Shown here: in pieces, positions 35,168-44,335 of the stretch | How positions within the stretch are numbered: the stretch's first letter is position 1 | Layout: each line of letters begins with the position of its first letter | Origin: an uncultured Thermoplasmatales archaeon | GTDB taxonomy: Archaea; Thermoplasmatota; SW-10-69-26; JACQPN01; CAZDGP01 | Reading direction: 5' to 3' | Length of the DNA: 64,000 nt | Assembly (NCBI GenBank): GCA_964505085.1 | Contig: CAZDGP010000002.1 | Location: 32,421-96,420, forward strand | Program-made: the position numbers and the translations under genes | The notes under the pieces: model-generated | Seen by the model: the letters and a program-made list of their open reading frames with translations, nothing else | Told to the model about the DNA's origin: nothing | Database searches by the model: none

Positions 35168-36214
35168 ATGGTACAACTATTGGAAGGACCCATCACATGG
35201 TCTCCGCAGGAAGCCGTCGGCATCCTGCAGGAGAGCGGCATCGTGGGTTGCGGAGGCGCGGGCTTCCCAACCTACGTGAAGTACGCGAAACCGCAACCGA
35301 CGCTCCTCGTGAACGCCGCGGAGAGCGAACCGGGCTACTACTGCGACAAGCTCCAGCTCCGGGACGAAGCCCGCGAGATGGCGAACGTCTTCGAGGTGCT
35401 CCGGGGCCTCTTCGACATGGAGCGCTTCGTCGTCGGCGCCGAGGACGTAGCCGAACCGTACCTCGGGGACCTCGAGGCCATCGCCGAGGAGGAAGGGGGC
35501 TTCGAGGTGCGCTACTTCGAGAGCAAGTACAAGTACGGGCAGGAGAAGGCGCTCTGCAAGGTGGTGCTGGACCTGGAGATCCCCAGGGACCAGCTCCCCC
35601 AGCACCAGGGCGTCATCGTGAACAACAACGAGACCCTCCGCAACATCTACCGAGCGCTCGTCAGAGGCGAACCCGTGACCACGAAGCTCCTCCACGTCTA
35701 CGGGGAGGGTTGCGAGGGCGTGAAGGCCTTCGAGGCGCCCGTGGGCACGCTGGCCACGGACCTCCTGGAGCTCGCCGACGTGAACATCGCCGAGGTGAGC
35801 GACTGCTTCCTCTACGATGGCGGCCCCATCCTCTCGGACCGCGTCATGGACCCCATCGGGGAATCCGCCGACGCTCCCGTGCGACGGAACACGAACGGCT
35901 TCCTCGTGGTGCACCCCGACAAGGACCGACCACGGAACGCGTACTACCCCACGGAGGACTTCGAGCACAACAGCATCGACATGCCCTGGGCGCCCACGGA
36001 GATCGTGGACGTCACGGAGAGCATCGACCGCGTCCGCGTCCCGCGCACCGTGCCCTTCGGCGAACCCGCGCAGGTCCGCGTGCGCCCCGGGGACACCGTG
36101 GAACGCGGCGACGACATCGGCCTTGCACCCAGCGGCCTGGGCGTGGGGCTCCACGCGAGCATCCCGGGTGAGGTGACGAGCCTCACGCCGGAGTACGTGG
36201 AGATCACGCGGTGA
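35168..36214 (+). CDS. RnfC/NuoF-like NAD(H)-binding protein (Complex1_51K GGAGFP motif plus SLBB plus C-terminal barrel-sandwich domain), no Fe-S cluster domain.
   Basis: GIVGCGGAGFPTYVKYAKP..LLVNAAESEPGYYCDKLQ. The ATG at 35168 is 15 nt after the predicted TSS of the TATA GTTAAGTA (35122-35131); the TTG at 35144 would lie upstream of the TSS. Confidence 0.65.
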   Translation: MVQLLEGPITWSPQEAVGILQESGIVGCGGAGFPTYVKYAKPQPTLLVNAAESEPGYYCDKLQLRDEAREMANVFEVLRGLFDMERFVVGAEDVAEPYLGDLEAIAEEEGGFEVRYFESKYKYGQEKALCKVVLDLEIPRDQLPQHQGVIVNNNETLRNIYRALVRGEPVTTKLLHVYGEGCEGVKAFEAPVGTLATDLLELADVNIAEVSDCFLYDGGPILSDRVMDPIGESADAPVRRNTNGFLVVHPDKDRPRNAYYPTEDFEHNSIDMPWAPTEIVDVTESIDRVRVPRTVPFGEPAQVRVRPGDTVERGDDIGLAPSGLGVGLHASIPGEVTSLTPEYVEITR

Positions 36215-36317
36215 AGGACGAGGGGACCGGGCATCGAGGGCCCCCAGGGTCACCTGTGGACTACGCTTGAAGCACAAGCTTTAAGTTCCCGCAAGGGTGA
36301 CCGGGGCCTCGTTCCCT

Positions 36318-36566
36318 ATGGCCCGCGACCCAGATCCATCGTCCCACGAGCCCGCACCCGAGCACGTCGAGGCAACCGTCTTCCTCCCCGACCACCTCGT
36401 GGAGGAGTTCCTCGACTGGTGCGAGGAGCACCTCGGCCAGCTTCCGAACCTCGAGCGCGTGCAGGACGAGGAGACCCTGGGTCGTTACGCACCCTTCTAC
36501 AAGCTCATGGCCGCCCAGGACGAGGACCGCCTGCTCGCTGCCATCGAAGCCCGCTCGCAGAACTGA
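36318..36566 (+). CDS. Small acidic hypothetical protein (83 aa).
   Basis: MARDPDPSSHEPAPEHVEATVFLPDHLVEEFLDWCEEHLGQ.. with protein-like composition. Confidence 0.45.
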   Translation: MARDPDPSSHEPAPEHVEATVFLPDHLVEEFLDWCEEHLGQLPNLERVQDEETLGRYAPFYKLMAAQDEDRLLAAIEARSQN

Positions 36567-36648
36567 GGTGCCTCCCGGGATCGCTCGCGGTCCCCGGCAT
36601 CTCGCCTGCGGTTGACCTCCCCCGCTTCCTCTCCCATTTACCTCCCAG

Positions 36649-37092
36649 CTACAGCGCCGGCAGGGTCATGCCCAGAAGCGCCAGGGCTCCCGCCACGAGC
36701 AACGCCACGGCCACGTTCGCCATGGCGCTAACACCGTGGAGCTTGGCGAAACGCTCACGGTCCCCGTGCTCCCGCGCGCGCCGCATGCGGGGTGTGGCCA
36801 CCCACCCGTTCCCCACCGTGACCAACACCGCCACCAGGAGCAGCACAGCCCCCACGAAGCCCAGGCCGCCCCCGTGGGTGGCCAGCGCCGCCGCGGCACC
36901 CAGGAGCCCCACCAGGGCCCCCACGCCGAAGTAGAGGGGGAAGACCGCCGAGACCACGCGGCCCGCATCCTCCCGCTCCAGCACCTGGAACACCCGGGGC
37001 GTCACCCCGGCCGTCCAGAAGAGGATCATACCCAGCCACAGGCTCGGAAGCACCACCGTACCAACGGTCGTCGTCGCCTCCAGGGTCGCCAT
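36649..37092 (-). CDS. Small membrane protein (DUF4149-like, 4 TM).
   Basis: Hydrophobic helices separated by short loops. 147 aa. Confidence 0.65.
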   Translation of the reverse strand: MATLEATTTVGTVVLPSLWLGMILFWTAGVTPRVFQVLEREDAGRVVSAVFPLYFGVGALVGLLGAAAALATHGGGLGFVGAVLLLVAVLVTVGNGWVATPRMRRAREHGDRERFAKLHGVSAMANVAVALLVAGALALLGMTLPAL

Positions 37093-37144
37093 GGACGCCC
37101 AAGGACCCTCGGGGGTTAGGAAGCTTCCGGAACCCCGCGTCCCG

Positions 37145-39538
37145 TCACCGCATGCGGAGCCAGTGCCTGAGGGTCCCCGTGACGCCGAGGTTGCGCTTCG
37201 CCATGATGACCGCGCCGGGCACCTGGCTTGCCACCGTCTCGGGGATGGCGCCGAAGAGGAGCTGCTGGAGCTTCCCCTCCCGGGTAGCGCCCAGGATCGT
37301 GAGGTCGGCGTCGGCTCCCAGGCGCACGAGGGTCGCCTCCACGTCCTCCCCCTCCACCACGCGCTCCTCCACGTCCGGCAAGCCCTCCAGGACCTCCGCG
37401 GTGCGCCGCACGTGCTGCAGCACCGCCTTCCTCTGCTTCTCCGGCGCGTCGGGGTGGACGACGCTCACCACGTCCACGGCGGCACCGGTGGCTCGGGCGA
37501 TGCTCCGGGCGACGCGCGCTGCGAGGTCGACGTGGGGTCCTCCGGCGGTGGGGACGAGGATGCGGTCCACGTCCGCCCCATCGACCTTCTCCACGAGCAC
37601 GTCGCAGGGGGCCTTGCGCACCACCTCGTCGATGGTGGTCCCCATGATGACGTCGCGGCGTCGGGGCTTGCGGCCCCGCCACCCCAGGAGCACCACGTCG
37701 CTGTCGTGGTCGTGCACCGTGTTGATGATAGCTTGCGAGACGCTGTGACCGATGCGGATGGTACCGCTCACGGGGACCTCGCTCTCGTTCCCGATGGCGA
37801 GGGCCTGGTCCAGCACCTCCCGCTCCTCCTGGATGAACTGGCGGCCTTCGCTTAGGGGCGTCTGCTGGGGGACGGTGACGACGCTCATGACGAGCACCTC
37901 GCCGTCCCGGTCCCGGGCGAGGTCGAGGGCCGTGCGCATGAGGGTCTCCACGTTGTCGGGGTTGGCCACGGGCACGAGGATGCGGTAATCGCGTCCCTCC
38001 GCCGCGCGCTCGTGCACGACCGTGGGCGCTTGCTCCTCCCGCTTCTCCGCCTCCCGGGGTTTGCTGTAGGCGAGGTAGATGATGATGCCGCCCACCATCC
38101 ACACGGTGCTTACGAGGAGCGCGTTGAAGCCCTCGTGGAAGGGCTGGAGCCCCAGCTCCAGGAGGAGGAAGGGCGTGAGGATGAGCTGGAGCACGATGCC
38201 GATGACGGGGATGAGGGGCACCCAGGGCACGGTGTAGGGGCGCTCCATCTCCGGGTGCGTGGTGCGCATGCGGATGAGGGTGAGGTTCACCTGGGCGAAG
38301 AGCAGGATGAACATGATGTCCGCGGCGGCGGCCACGCTCTCGATGGGGAGGAGGAGCGCCATGGCGGCGATGAGCACCGCGGACCAGAGGATGGCCACGT
38401 GGGGTGTGCGCGTGCCCTCGTGGACGTTCCGGAAGGAGCTGGGTAGGGCGCGGTCCCGGCCCATGGCGAAGCTCACGCGGCTGCTGGAGTAGATGGTGGC
38501 GTTGAGGGCGCTCATGGTGGCTGTGAGCCCCGCGAAGAGGAGCAGGGGCGTGCCGTAGGGCATGAACTGGTCCGCCGCCCGGATGATACCCAGCTCCCCC
38601 AGCTCGCCCAGGATCTGCCATGTGGTCCAGTCCATGACGGTGCCTTCCACGCCCGCGATGACGAGGATCTCCGGCGTCACGTCGATGCCGCCGATGGCGG
38701 CGAAGGCCACGAGGATGTAGATGGGGACCACGATGGCCATGCTGTAGAAGACGGCCTTCGGGATGTTCTTGCCCGGGTCCACGACCTCCTCGCCGCTTTG
38801 CACGATGATCTCGTACCCCTCGAAGGCGATGTACGTGAGGCCCATGGCACCCATGATGCCCACGATGCCTGCGGGGGCGAAGCTGGGGCTTGCGAGGAAC
38901 TTGTCCACCCACTGGGGCCCCGTGACGGTGGCGTGGATGCCGAAGGCGATGAAGGCGCCCAGGATCACGACCTTGATGAAGGTGACGACGACGCCGGCCT
39001 TCCCCGTCTCCTCGGCACCCTTGAAGTTGATCCACGCGAAGAGGGCGATGATGCCCACGGCCACCGCGAGCTCCACCATGTGCCGCGTGATCCATCCCAT
39101 GAGGACGAAGTGGTGCTCGAGGCCCGTGTACGCCACCACGAACTCCGTGAGGAAGACGCCGAAGGTCACGGCGTAGAGGCTGCACGCCACCGCGTGGGCG
39201 AACCAGCTCATCCACCCCGCGTAGAACCCGTTGGGGTCCGGAAGCGCCTCCTTCACCCAGAGGTACCCGCCGCCGGCCTCGGGGAAGGCGGCGCCGAGCT
39301 CCGCATAGCTCGCGGCCGTGGTGAGGGCCACGAGGCCGTTGAGGAGGAAGGCCAGGGTGAGGGCGGGGCCCGCGATGCCCGCGGCGAAGCCCGTGAGGGC
39401 GAAGACCCCCGCGCCGATCATGGCGCCCACGCCGATGAAGGTGATGTCGAAGAGGCTCATGTCCCGGGAGAGCTCGGTGGGTACCTCACCCGCGCCGGCT
39501 CCGCCCGTCTCCTCGCCGGTGACCTCGGGGTCCGTCAT
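37145..39538 (-). CDS. Amino acid permease (APC superfamily) fused to two C-terminal universal stress protein (UspA) domains.
   Basis: N-terminal 12-TM APC motifs (FDITFIGVGAMIGAGVF). The C-terminus has two Usp repeats (..ILVPVANPDN..VLLGWRGRK.. and ILVPTAGGPH..). Confidence 0.9.
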   Translation of the reverse strand: MTDPEVTGEETGGAGAGEVPTELSRDMSLFDITFIGVGAMIGAGVFALTGFAAGIAGPALTLAFLLNGLVALTTAASYAELGAAFPEAGGGYLWVKEALPDPNGFYAGWMSWFAHAVACSLYAVTFGVFLTEFVVAYTGLEHHFVLMGWITRHMVELAVAVGIIALFAWINFKGAEETGKAGVVVTFIKVVILGAFIAFGIHATVTGPQWVDKFLASPSFAPAGIVGIMGAMGLTYIAFEGYEIIVQSGEEVVDPGKNIPKAVFYSMAIVVPIYILVAFAAIGGIDVTPEILVIAGVEGTVMDWTTWQILGELGELGIIRAADQFMPYGTPLLLFAGLTATMSALNATIYSSSRVSFAMGRDRALPSSFRNVHEGTRTPHVAILWSAVLIAAMALLLPIESVAAAADIMFILLFAQVNLTLIRMRTTHPEMERPYTVPWVPLIPVIGIVLQLILTPFLLLELGLQPFHEGFNALLVSTVWMVGGIIIYLAYSKPREAEKREEQAPTVVHERAAEGRDYRILVPVANPDNVETLMRTALDLARDRDGEVLVMSVVTVPQQTPLSEGRQFIQEEREVLDQALAIGNESEVPVSGTIRIGHSVSQAIINTVHDHDSDVVLLGWRGRKPRRRDVIMGTTIDEVVRKAPCDVLVEKVDGADVDRILVPTAGGPHVDLAARVARSIARATGAAVDVVSVVHPDAPEKQRKAVLQHVRRTAEVLEGLPDVEERVVEGEDVEATLVRLGADADLTILGATREGKLQQLLFGAIPETVASQVPGAVIMAKRNLGVTGTLRHWLRMR

Positions 39539-39579
39539 GGTGTGCCTCCAGCCGCCAACGGTCACCCGTTACTTCACGT

Positions 39580-40392
39580 TTAGGTTCCGGCACGCTCCCC
39601 CGGCTCGCCCTCGAGCACGCGGAACCGCTCCGCCGCCAGCTCCGCCCGAGCACGCGCGTCACCGAGCCCCCGCGCGGCCACGGGCTCGAACTCCACGTCG
39701 TCGTACTCCACGCCGAGGAGCACCAGGTGCTCGGCGGGCGCCGGGGGGAACCCCCGGTCAGTGGATCCCGCGATGGTGGCCTCCAGGTCCTTCAGGCTCG
39801 CCTCCCCGTGAGCCACCGTGACGGCGGCACCCACCATGCGCCGCACCTGGTTCCAGAGGAAGCTCGGTCCCTCCACGTCCACGTGGACCACGTCCTCCCG
39901 GGGCGTGACATCCACCCTTGAGACCTCCACCACGGTGTCCCGCGTGCCGCCGCGGCGGCGGGCGAAGCGCTCCAGGTCGTGCTCACCCTGGAAGCACGCG
40001 AGAGCCTCCCGGAAAGCCTCCACGTCGGTGAAGTCCCGGGGGAGGATGTAGCGGTACCGTCGGAGGGTCGCGTGCCGGGGTCGGAAGACGTCCGGCACCT
40101 CCGCGATGCCCGTGACCCAAACGTCCTCCACCAGCCCGTTGAGGGCGCGGGGGAGGGCGTCGAGGGGGAAGCTCGTGGTGAGGGCGAGGACGTTCCCGGC
40201 GGCGCTCACGCCGGCGTCGGTGCGGCTTGCCATCTGGAGCGCGAGCTCCCGCGGGTTGCTCCCGGCCCCAAGCTCCCCCAGGGCTCGCAGCACCTCGCCC
40301 TCCACCGTGCGCACGTCGCCACCCTGGCGTTGGCTTCCGCGGAACGCGGTGCCATCGTAGGCGAGGCGGAGGGCCACGCGGTGCTCGCGCAT
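39580..40392 (-). CDS. truA: tRNA pseudouridine(38-40) synthase TruA.
   Basis: LAYDGTAFRGSQRQ..RTDAGVSAAGNV..RRYRYIL TruA motifs, including the catalytic Asp in RTDAGV. Confidence 0.85.
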   Translation of the reverse strand: MREHRVALRLAYDGTAFRGSQRQGGDVRTVEGEVLRALGELGAGSNPRELALQMASRTDAGVSAAGNVLALTTSFPLDALPRALNGLVEDVWVTGIAEVPDVFRPRHATLRRYRYILPRDFTDVEAFREALACFQGEHDLERFARRRGGTRDTVVEVSRVDVTPREDVVHVDVEGPSFLWNQVRRMVGAAVTVAHGEASLKDLEATIAGSTDRGFPPAPAEHLVLLGVEYDDVEFEPVAARGLGDARARAELAAERFRVLEGEPGERAGT

Positions 40393-40393
40393 G

Positions 40394-41188
40394 TCAGAAG
40401 AGGCTCCCGGCGAGCCACTGGCCTCCGTCGAGGGTGAGGCAGTGCCCGTTCATGTAGGCGGCGGCCGGGCTCGCAACGTAGAGCGCCGCCTGCGCCACCT
40501 CCTCGGGGGTGCCGAAGCGTCCCTGGGGCACCCCGTCGAGGATGCGCTCCCGCGTGTCCTCGTCGGGCCAGAGCTGCTCCCGCGTCTTGGCGGTGTCGAT
40601 GGGGCCGGGAGCGATGGCGTTGGTGCGGATGTCGTAGGCGGCCCACTCCACGGCGAGGCTCCGCGTGAGGTTCAGGACACCGGCCTTGCCGGCGCCGCTG
40701 TGGCTCGTGAGGGGTGCGGCAAGCCACGCGTACGTGGCCACCATGTTGATGATGGAGCCGCCGTGGGCGCCCCGCATGCGCTCCCCCACCTCCCGGGTGA
40801 CGTTGGCGGTGCCCGTGAGGACGATGTCCACCACGGTGTCGAAGGCGTTCTTGCTCATGCCGTCGAAGGGTGCAACGAAGTTCCCGGCGGCGTTGTTCAC
40901 GAGGAGGTCCACGGTACCCAGCTCGTCCTCCACGGCGTCCACCGCCTCCTCGATGGAGTCCGGCTCACGCACATCCAGGGGATAGGCGAAGCCTCGTTGC
41001 CCCATGTCCTTGATGCGCTTGGCCACGGGCCGCAGGTGCTCCATGTCGCGGCTCACCACGGCCACGTCGGCTCCGTGCTCGGCGAAGGCGAGGCTCATGG
41101 CCTTCCCCAACCCCGTGCCTCCCCCTGTGACGAGGGCCACGCGGCCCTCCAGGATGTCGTCCCGGAACACGCTCTCGAGGTTCTCCAT
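40394..41188 (-). CDS. Short-chain dehydrogenase/reductase (SDR) family oxidoreductase.
   Basis: VTGGGTGLGKA Rossmann motif, NNAAG, catalytic YAWLAAPLTSHSGAGKAG. Start at MENLES. Confidence 0.85.
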   Translation of the reverse strand: MENLESVFRDDILEGRVALVTGGGTGLGKAMSLAFAEHGADVAVVSRDMEHLRPVAKRIKDMGQRGFAYPLDVREPDSIEEAVDAVEDELGTVDLLVNNAAGNFVAPFDGMSKNAFDTVVDIVLTGTANVTREVGERMRGAHGGSIINMVATYAWLAAPLTSHSGAGKAGVLNLTRSLAVEWAAYDIRTNAIAPGPIDTAKTREQLWPDEDTRERILDGVPQGRFGTPEEVAQAALYVASPAAAYMNGHCLTLDGGQWLAGSLF

Positions 41189-41472
41189 GGTAACGCCGCG
41201 GAAGCACACCGTGGTCGCTTAATGGTTCCGAAGGGCCTGGGGGAGAGGCCGCAACCTTCACATGGGGGGAGCGCGAAGTGAGGTGGGTAGGACGCTTGGG
41301 GGTCGTTCGCGCCGGCTGTAGGCCGCAGGTAGGATGCGCAACCCCCAGGATTGATAAGTCCGGGGGCTTTCAACCCAGGTGGGATGCACCACGCATCGCT
41401 CCCCCGCGTTGGACGGAGAACCTGCGGGCCCCGCTTCGACGGATGGACGGAACGCGACGGTGATCACAGGGG

Positions 41473-42606
41473 GTGTGGAAGATGACGAACTTCGGGAGCT
41501 CCGACCCGTTCTGCATAGGTGTCGAGGAGGAGTTCCAGATCCTGGACCCCGACACCGGCGACCTTGTGTCACGGGTGGACGAGGTCATAGGGAAGTCCGG
41601 TCCGGAGCTGGAGGAGAACCTCACCACGGAGATCTTCCAGGCGGTGGTGGAGACGAAGACCGACGTCTGCCAGGACGTGGGCGAGCTCCGGACGGAGATC
41701 CAACGTCTCCGCGGTGCCCTGGGCGACTTCACGCAGGACCGAGGGTACGCCATCGCCGCCGCCGGCACCCACCCCTTCGCGCGGTGGGAGGACCAGGACG
41801 TCACGGAGAAGGACCGGTACAAGGAGCTCGTGGAGGAGATGCGGTGGGCGGCGAAGCGCGAGCTCATCTTCGGGCAGCACGTTCACGTGAGCGTGGAACG
41901 CCCCGACCAGGCTATCGCCGTCACCAACGGGCTCCGGCCCTTCCTGCCCGTGCTCCTCGCTCTCAGCGTGAACAGCCCCTTCTGGAAGGGACGCGAGACG
42001 GGGCTCATGAGCACCCGCGTCCGCATCTTCGACGCGCTCCCGCGCACGGGCGTGCCCCGCGAGTTCCAGGACTGGCCGGACTTCCAGGGGACGCTCCAGG
42101 AGCTCATCGAGGCGGGAAGCGTCGAGGACGTCACCAAGATCTGGTGGGACGTCCGACCCCGCCACGACCTGGGCACGGTGGAGGTGCGCATCGCGGACCT
42201 GCCCACGGAGACGGAGGACAGCGTGGCCCTCGCGGCCCTCACGAAGGCCCTCGTGGTGACCCTCGCCCACCGCCACGACGAGGGGTTGGCCCAGCCCGTG
42301 AACCACAGCCAGGAGGTCATCGAGGAGAACCGGTGGCGTGCCCTCCGCGGCGGCCTCGAGGGGAACCTCATCCAGCGCAACGGCGACGACGAGGTGGAGG
42401 AGGTCCCCGCGGTGGACGCCGTGAGCTCCACCCTCGACCTCGTGGCCGACACCGCCGCCGACCTCGGGTTGCAGAGCGAGATGCGCCGCATCCGCAACCT
42501 CGTGAAGACCCAGGGCACGGGGGCGCGACGCCAGCTCGATGTGTACGAGCGCACCGGGGACCTCACGGAGGTCGTCCACGACATCGTGGACCGCACCCTG
42601 CCGTGA
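41473..42606 (+). CDS. Glutamate-cysteine ligase family 2 (GCS2/YbdK-type carboxylate-amine ligase).
   Basis: IGVEEEFQILD..AAGTHPF..LIFGQHVHVSV..LALSVNSPFW GCS2 signature. Confidence 0.85.
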   Translation: MWKMTNFGSSDPFCIGVEEEFQILDPDTGDLVSRVDEVIGKSGPELEENLTTEIFQAVVETKTDVCQDVGELRTEIQRLRGALGDFTQDRGYAIAAAGTHPFARWEDQDVTEKDRYKELVEEMRWAAKRELIFGQHVHVSVERPDQAIAVTNGLRPFLPVLLALSVNSPFWKGRETGLMSTRVRIFDALPRTGVPREFQDWPDFQGTLQELIEAGSVEDVTKIWWDVRPRHDLGTVEVRIADLPTETEDSVALAALTKALVVTLAHRHDEGLAQPVNHSQEVIEENRWRALRGGLEGNLIQRNGDDEVEEVPAVDAVSSTLDLVADTAADLGLQSEMRRIRNLVKTQGTGARRQLDVYERTGDLTEVVHDIVDRTLP

Positions 42607-42678
42607 CGAGCCCCTGGCCTGGACCCGAGTCGCAACACAAGAGTTAATACCGAACAGCATCCCTTGCCACCTTGTCCC

Positions 42679-43539
42679 ATGTGTCGATTGTTCGGCTACG
42701 CTGGCCCTGTCCCCGCCACGGTGGATTGGGCGCTCATGCAGGCCGAGAACAGCCTGGAGCGACAGAGCACACGCCATCGCGACGGATGGGGCATCGGGTA
42801 CTTCCGCGACGGACGACCCCACCTGCGGAAGAGCACCACGCCGGCCTTCGCTGACCGCGCCTACGGGCACGCCCTCCGCACGGTGGAGAGCACCCACGTC
42901 ATCGGTCACGTGCGCCGGGCCACCGTGGGCGGTCGCACCCTCTTCAACAACCACCCCTTCCACCACGAAGGCTGGATCTTCGCCCACAACGGCACCCTGG
43001 CGACCTTCCCCGAGGCTCGCGAGGCGTTCCTGGAGCACGTGGCGCCGGACCTCCAGGAGCGGATCCAGGGAGCCACCGACAGCGAGATCCTCTTCCATCT
43101 CCTCCTCACCCTCGCCCGGGACCAACACGGCACCCTGGACCTCACCGTGGACCACATGGTGGGTCCGGTGCGCCGCGTCGCCGCCATCGTGGCCGAGCAG
43201 GATGCCGCCCACGAGGTGGACGACCCCAGCGGGCTCAACATCCTCCTAAGCAACGGCCGGGGCCTCCTTGCGACGCGTCGCGGCCGCGACCTGCACCTTC
43301 ACCGCCCCGTGGGCGGTCGATGCATCGCCACCGCCGCCGGCACCGCCGTGGCCCTGCCGGGAGCCGGCGCCGCCGTGGCAAGCGAGCCCCTGGGTCGCGT
43401 CGAGCCCCGGGCGAACGCCGGGAGCACCTCCTCGACCAACCCCCAGGCCTCTGGCGGGGACGCGTGGGAGCCCGTGCCCGAGGGCTCCGTCGTCCTGGTG
43501 ACGTCCGACGCCCGGGTCCGCGTGAGGAACCTCTCGTAG
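42679..43539 (+). CDS. Class II (Ntn) glutamine amidotransferase-like protein.
   Basis: The N-terminal MCRLFGYAG nucleophile Cys2 motif and ..NNHPFHHEGWIFAHNGTL are both typical of GATase_4/6 and EgtC-like enzymes. Confidence 0.8.
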   Translation: MCRLFGYAGPVPATVDWALMQAENSLERQSTRHRDGWGIGYFRDGRPHLRKSTTPAFADRAYGHALRTVESTHVIGHVRRATVGGRTLFNNHPFHHEGWIFAHNGTLATFPEAREAFLEHVAPDLQERIQGATDSEILFHLLLTLARDQHGTLDLTVDHMVGPVRRVAAIVAEQDAAHEVDDPSGLNILLSNGRGLLATRRGRDLHLHRPVGGRCIATAAGTAVALPGAGAAVASEPLGRVEPRANAGSTSSTNPQASGGDAWEPVPEGSVVLVTSDARVRVRNLS

Positions 43540-43584
43540 GGCCAGGGCGGAACCTTTTTCCCAGGCCCCGCGCCTCCCCCGCCC

Positions 43585-44262
43585 ATGCCCGTGCTGACCC
43601 CCCCCATCGTGGCCGTGAACCTCAAGGCCTACCCCCCCGCCGTGGGTGCGCAAGCTGTCCCCCTCGCCAGGGCGCTGGAGGAGGCGGCCGCGTCGGCGGA
43701 AGCCACCGTGGCCGTGGCGCCCCAGCTCGCGGACCTCGCCCCGGTGGCGGAGGCCGTGGACCTCCCGGTGCTCGCCCAGCACGTGGACCCCATGGAGCCC
43801 GGTCGGGGCACCGGCGGCGCCTTGGCGGAGGCCGTGGCCGACGCCGGCGCCGTGGGCACGCTCCTCAACCACAGCGAGCGCGCCGTGGGCTTCAACGACC
43901 TCGCCGCCACCGTGACCCGGTGCAGCGATGTAGGCCTCGAGACCGTCGTCTGCGTGGACACCCCCGCGAGCGCCCGCGCCGCCGCGGGCCTGGAGCCCAC
44001 GTACGTGGCTGTGGAACCTCCGGAGCTCATCGGAGGGGACGTGAGCGTCACGAGCGCCGACCCCGGCATCGTGACGCGGACCGTGGCCACCGTGCAGGAC
44101 GTGGCTCCGGGGGTGGGGGTGCTCACGGGCGCCGGCGTGAAGACGGGTGAGGACGTGGCTAAAGCCCTGGAGCTTGGTACCGAGGGCGTGCTCCTCGCCA
44201 GCGGCGTGGCCAAGGCCGCGGACCCGGGGAAGGCGCTCCGGGAGCTCCTCACGGGCGTCTGA
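43585..44262 (+). CDS. tpiA: Triosephosphate isomerase (archaeal type).
   Basis: 225 aa. VAVNLKAY..LLNHSERAV..VAVEPPELIGG archaeal TIM motifs. Confidence 0.9.
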   Translation: MPVLTPPIVAVNLKAYPPAVGAQAVPLARALEEAAASAEATVAVAPQLADLAPVAEAVDLPVLAQHVDPMEPGRGTGGALAEAVADAGAVGTLLNHSERAVGFNDLAATVTRCSDVGLETVVCVDTPASARAAAGLEPTYVAVEPPELIGGDVSVTSADPGIVTRTVATVQDVAPGVGVLTGAGVKTGEDVAKALELGTEGVLLASGVAKAADPGKALRELLTGV

Positions 44263-44335
44263 ACCGCGTCGGAGCGCCGGTCCACCCCCGGGGCCAACCT
44301 ACTTATCCCTTCCTTCCCTACCCTCCTCCGAGACC

